Made by a program: the position numbers and the translations under genes. From positions 62,001-126,000 of the forward strand of contig NMRA01000430.1 of NCBI GenBank assembly GCA_002633005.1: a stretch of 64,000 bases of DNA. The letters are read 5' to 3'. How positions within the stretch are numbered: the first letter of the stretch is position 1; every line of letters begins with the position of its first letter. The notes under the pieces are model-generated. The model searched no databases. It had not been told where the DNA came from and was given only the letters and a program-made list of their open reading frames with translations. This DNA comes from Phoronis australis. Lineage: Eukaryota; Animalia; Phoronida. Positions 62,345-64,000 of the stretch are shown here, one piece after another.

Positions 62345-62809
62345 CTGTCAATAACAAAAGTAGCAATAAGTTATAAAACATAATGACGGTAAAATACATA
62401 CAAATACAACAAAAACATAATGCCTACTGTGACAGTGTCATACAAAATCTCCTTTTGGTACCCAACTTCCATGCGATACTCATGAGAGTTAAGAAGTTGG
62501 GCAAAATGGGGCTAGTTGTTACGCTGTGCAAGAATCACCATTATACTCAAACAGTTTCCTCAAATCTAAGTCTAAAAATAGACATAACATGGCATAACTT
62601 AGTTTTTCACTTTGAAAGAAATAAACAGTGGTGACCTTGAACATTCATTGGAAAGACTCATTGCTGGAAACATTCAATCAGACACATAATTTGCAAAATA
62701 TAGAGATCGTCAACTGTGAACCGAAGAATCGTTCAACTTACAGACAAGATTACCAGTTAATGAGACAGATAGGTAAGTTCAATGAACTTGACTCATATTA
62801 AAACCTTAC

Positions 62810-62945
62810 CTAGTTTCAAAACCTTGCGCTCCGTACCAAACACCCTGACAGACATGAGCCAACAGTCACCATTTTTGTCCACAACAGCCAATTTTCGTTC
62901 GTTGGCCGATCCACACTGATCTAATGTAATTTGAATGACTTCTTG
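62810..62945 (-). CDS. IFT80: IFT80 exon, QEVIQITLDQCGSANERKLAVVDKNGDCWLMSVRVFGTERKVLKL
   Basis: 136 nt, phase 0/1; LDQxG..RKxAxxDKN motif. Confidence 0.94.
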
Positions 62946-63629
62946 CTGCAGAGGAAACACGAAATAATATAAAAAGTGACTTCTGTTTACACACAAACAT
63001 CAACTGTATACTTGTAGGTACAGCGTTACTAGTTCCATTGTTATTCACTGTCATATGTTGAACTAAGCTAGAGTTCCTTACAATGTAATATCTTCGCAAT
63101 ACATCAACAGTTGTGTGTTTATAGGAGTCTCTTAAATAAGCTATGAGACAGCTTAGTTGTGTTGGGGGTTATGGATGCAGGTGATGTGACAGGGGTCCAT
63201 GAAGAAGCTACAAGACAACTTAGTTGCGTTGGATGTAGGTGACGACTGATGTTCAATAGATTCATCCAACTATTTTATGCCCACTTTCAGTACATACAAA
63301 ACTACCGGACAGAATGACCCAGAATTCCCATCACGACGGCTACAGGAAGTCCAATTATTGACACAGCAGCAGCCTATCGTGACTGGCTATTTGTTGGAGT
63401 TGGATGGGATTTTGCAAAATGATTAGCTATAAACCATAATTTTGCTGAATTAAATAAAAAAACAGTTGCCATGACAGCGAAATAGGATTTGGGGCAACTA
63501 CGTGTGCTGTAAAAGAGATAACTTGATTGAAAACTACGCATTAATATCTGGAGAAAGCTGAACAAAAAATTGCAGAGCCAAAAATGAGCATCAACAAAGG
63601 TCAGACCTGTGTGTGTGAAATAGACAAAC

Positions 63630-63694
63630 CTTTAAGCTGATTGGCTTGCCATCACCAAGTACTTTACCAGTGGAGGCATCAAAGAGATGGATAA
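63630..63694 (-). CDS. IFT80: IFT80 exon, IHLFDASTGKVLGDGKPISLK (gene continues beyond the window)
   Basis: Acceptor cttacag, donor gtttgt, 65 nt, phase 1/0; LFxASTGKxLGDGK motif. Confidence 0.9.
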
Positions 63695-64000
63695 CTGTAA
63701 GACAACAACAAAACTTGTCACAAGTCTCAGCAGACTAATATCAAAATCCAAAGAGAATCTTTTTAATTATTTTATTCCATGCTTCCATAATTCCCTTAAA
63801 TAAAAAACATAAGTCATGTGTGGATAAGTTTGTCCAGTTTTTTAAAATAGTTATATTGTCTACATGTTTAAGAACAGCTGCAGTTTCTAAAACAATGTAT
63901 AAATATGTCACAGAATTTATATGTCATTCACATAGTACAACTATCTACACCCAAGCAGTCATGTCTTTTAAATTTCTGTGACTACTTGTCATGCCTTTCT

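Overview
AT-rich, intron-rich animal genomic DNA. It is probably a protostome/lophotrochozoan, inferred from the muscleblind ZnF2 spacing and the repeat types. Three protein-coding genes can be rebuilt exon by exon with consistent GT-AG phases. (1) The first three coding exons of MFSD8/CLN7 (minus strand, 5825 down to 1596). (2) A complete muscleblind (MBNL) coding region (plus strand, ATG 30319, stop 53359). (3) The last seven exons of IFT80 (minus strand, 63694 down to 58822), tail-to-tail with muscleblind. Most ORF-track entries are chance ORFs or repeats. The most interesting signal is the muscleblind splicing architecture. There is a third CCCH zinc-finger pair (six fingers in total). A 116-nt frame-shifting exon sits behind a YGCY-rich acceptor and decides whether the next exon is read as ZnF5 or as a short FAGHPPNMPRF* tail. 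A hidden 66-nt NLS exon lies behind a 125-nt AG-free, YGCY-dense intron end, resembling the autoregulated vertebrate MBNL1 exon 5. The first coding exon would acquire a stop codon immediately if circularised. Non-coding space holds MITEs, a LINE remnant and several mini/microsatellites. Comparisons with human and insect sequences are from recall and were not aligned.
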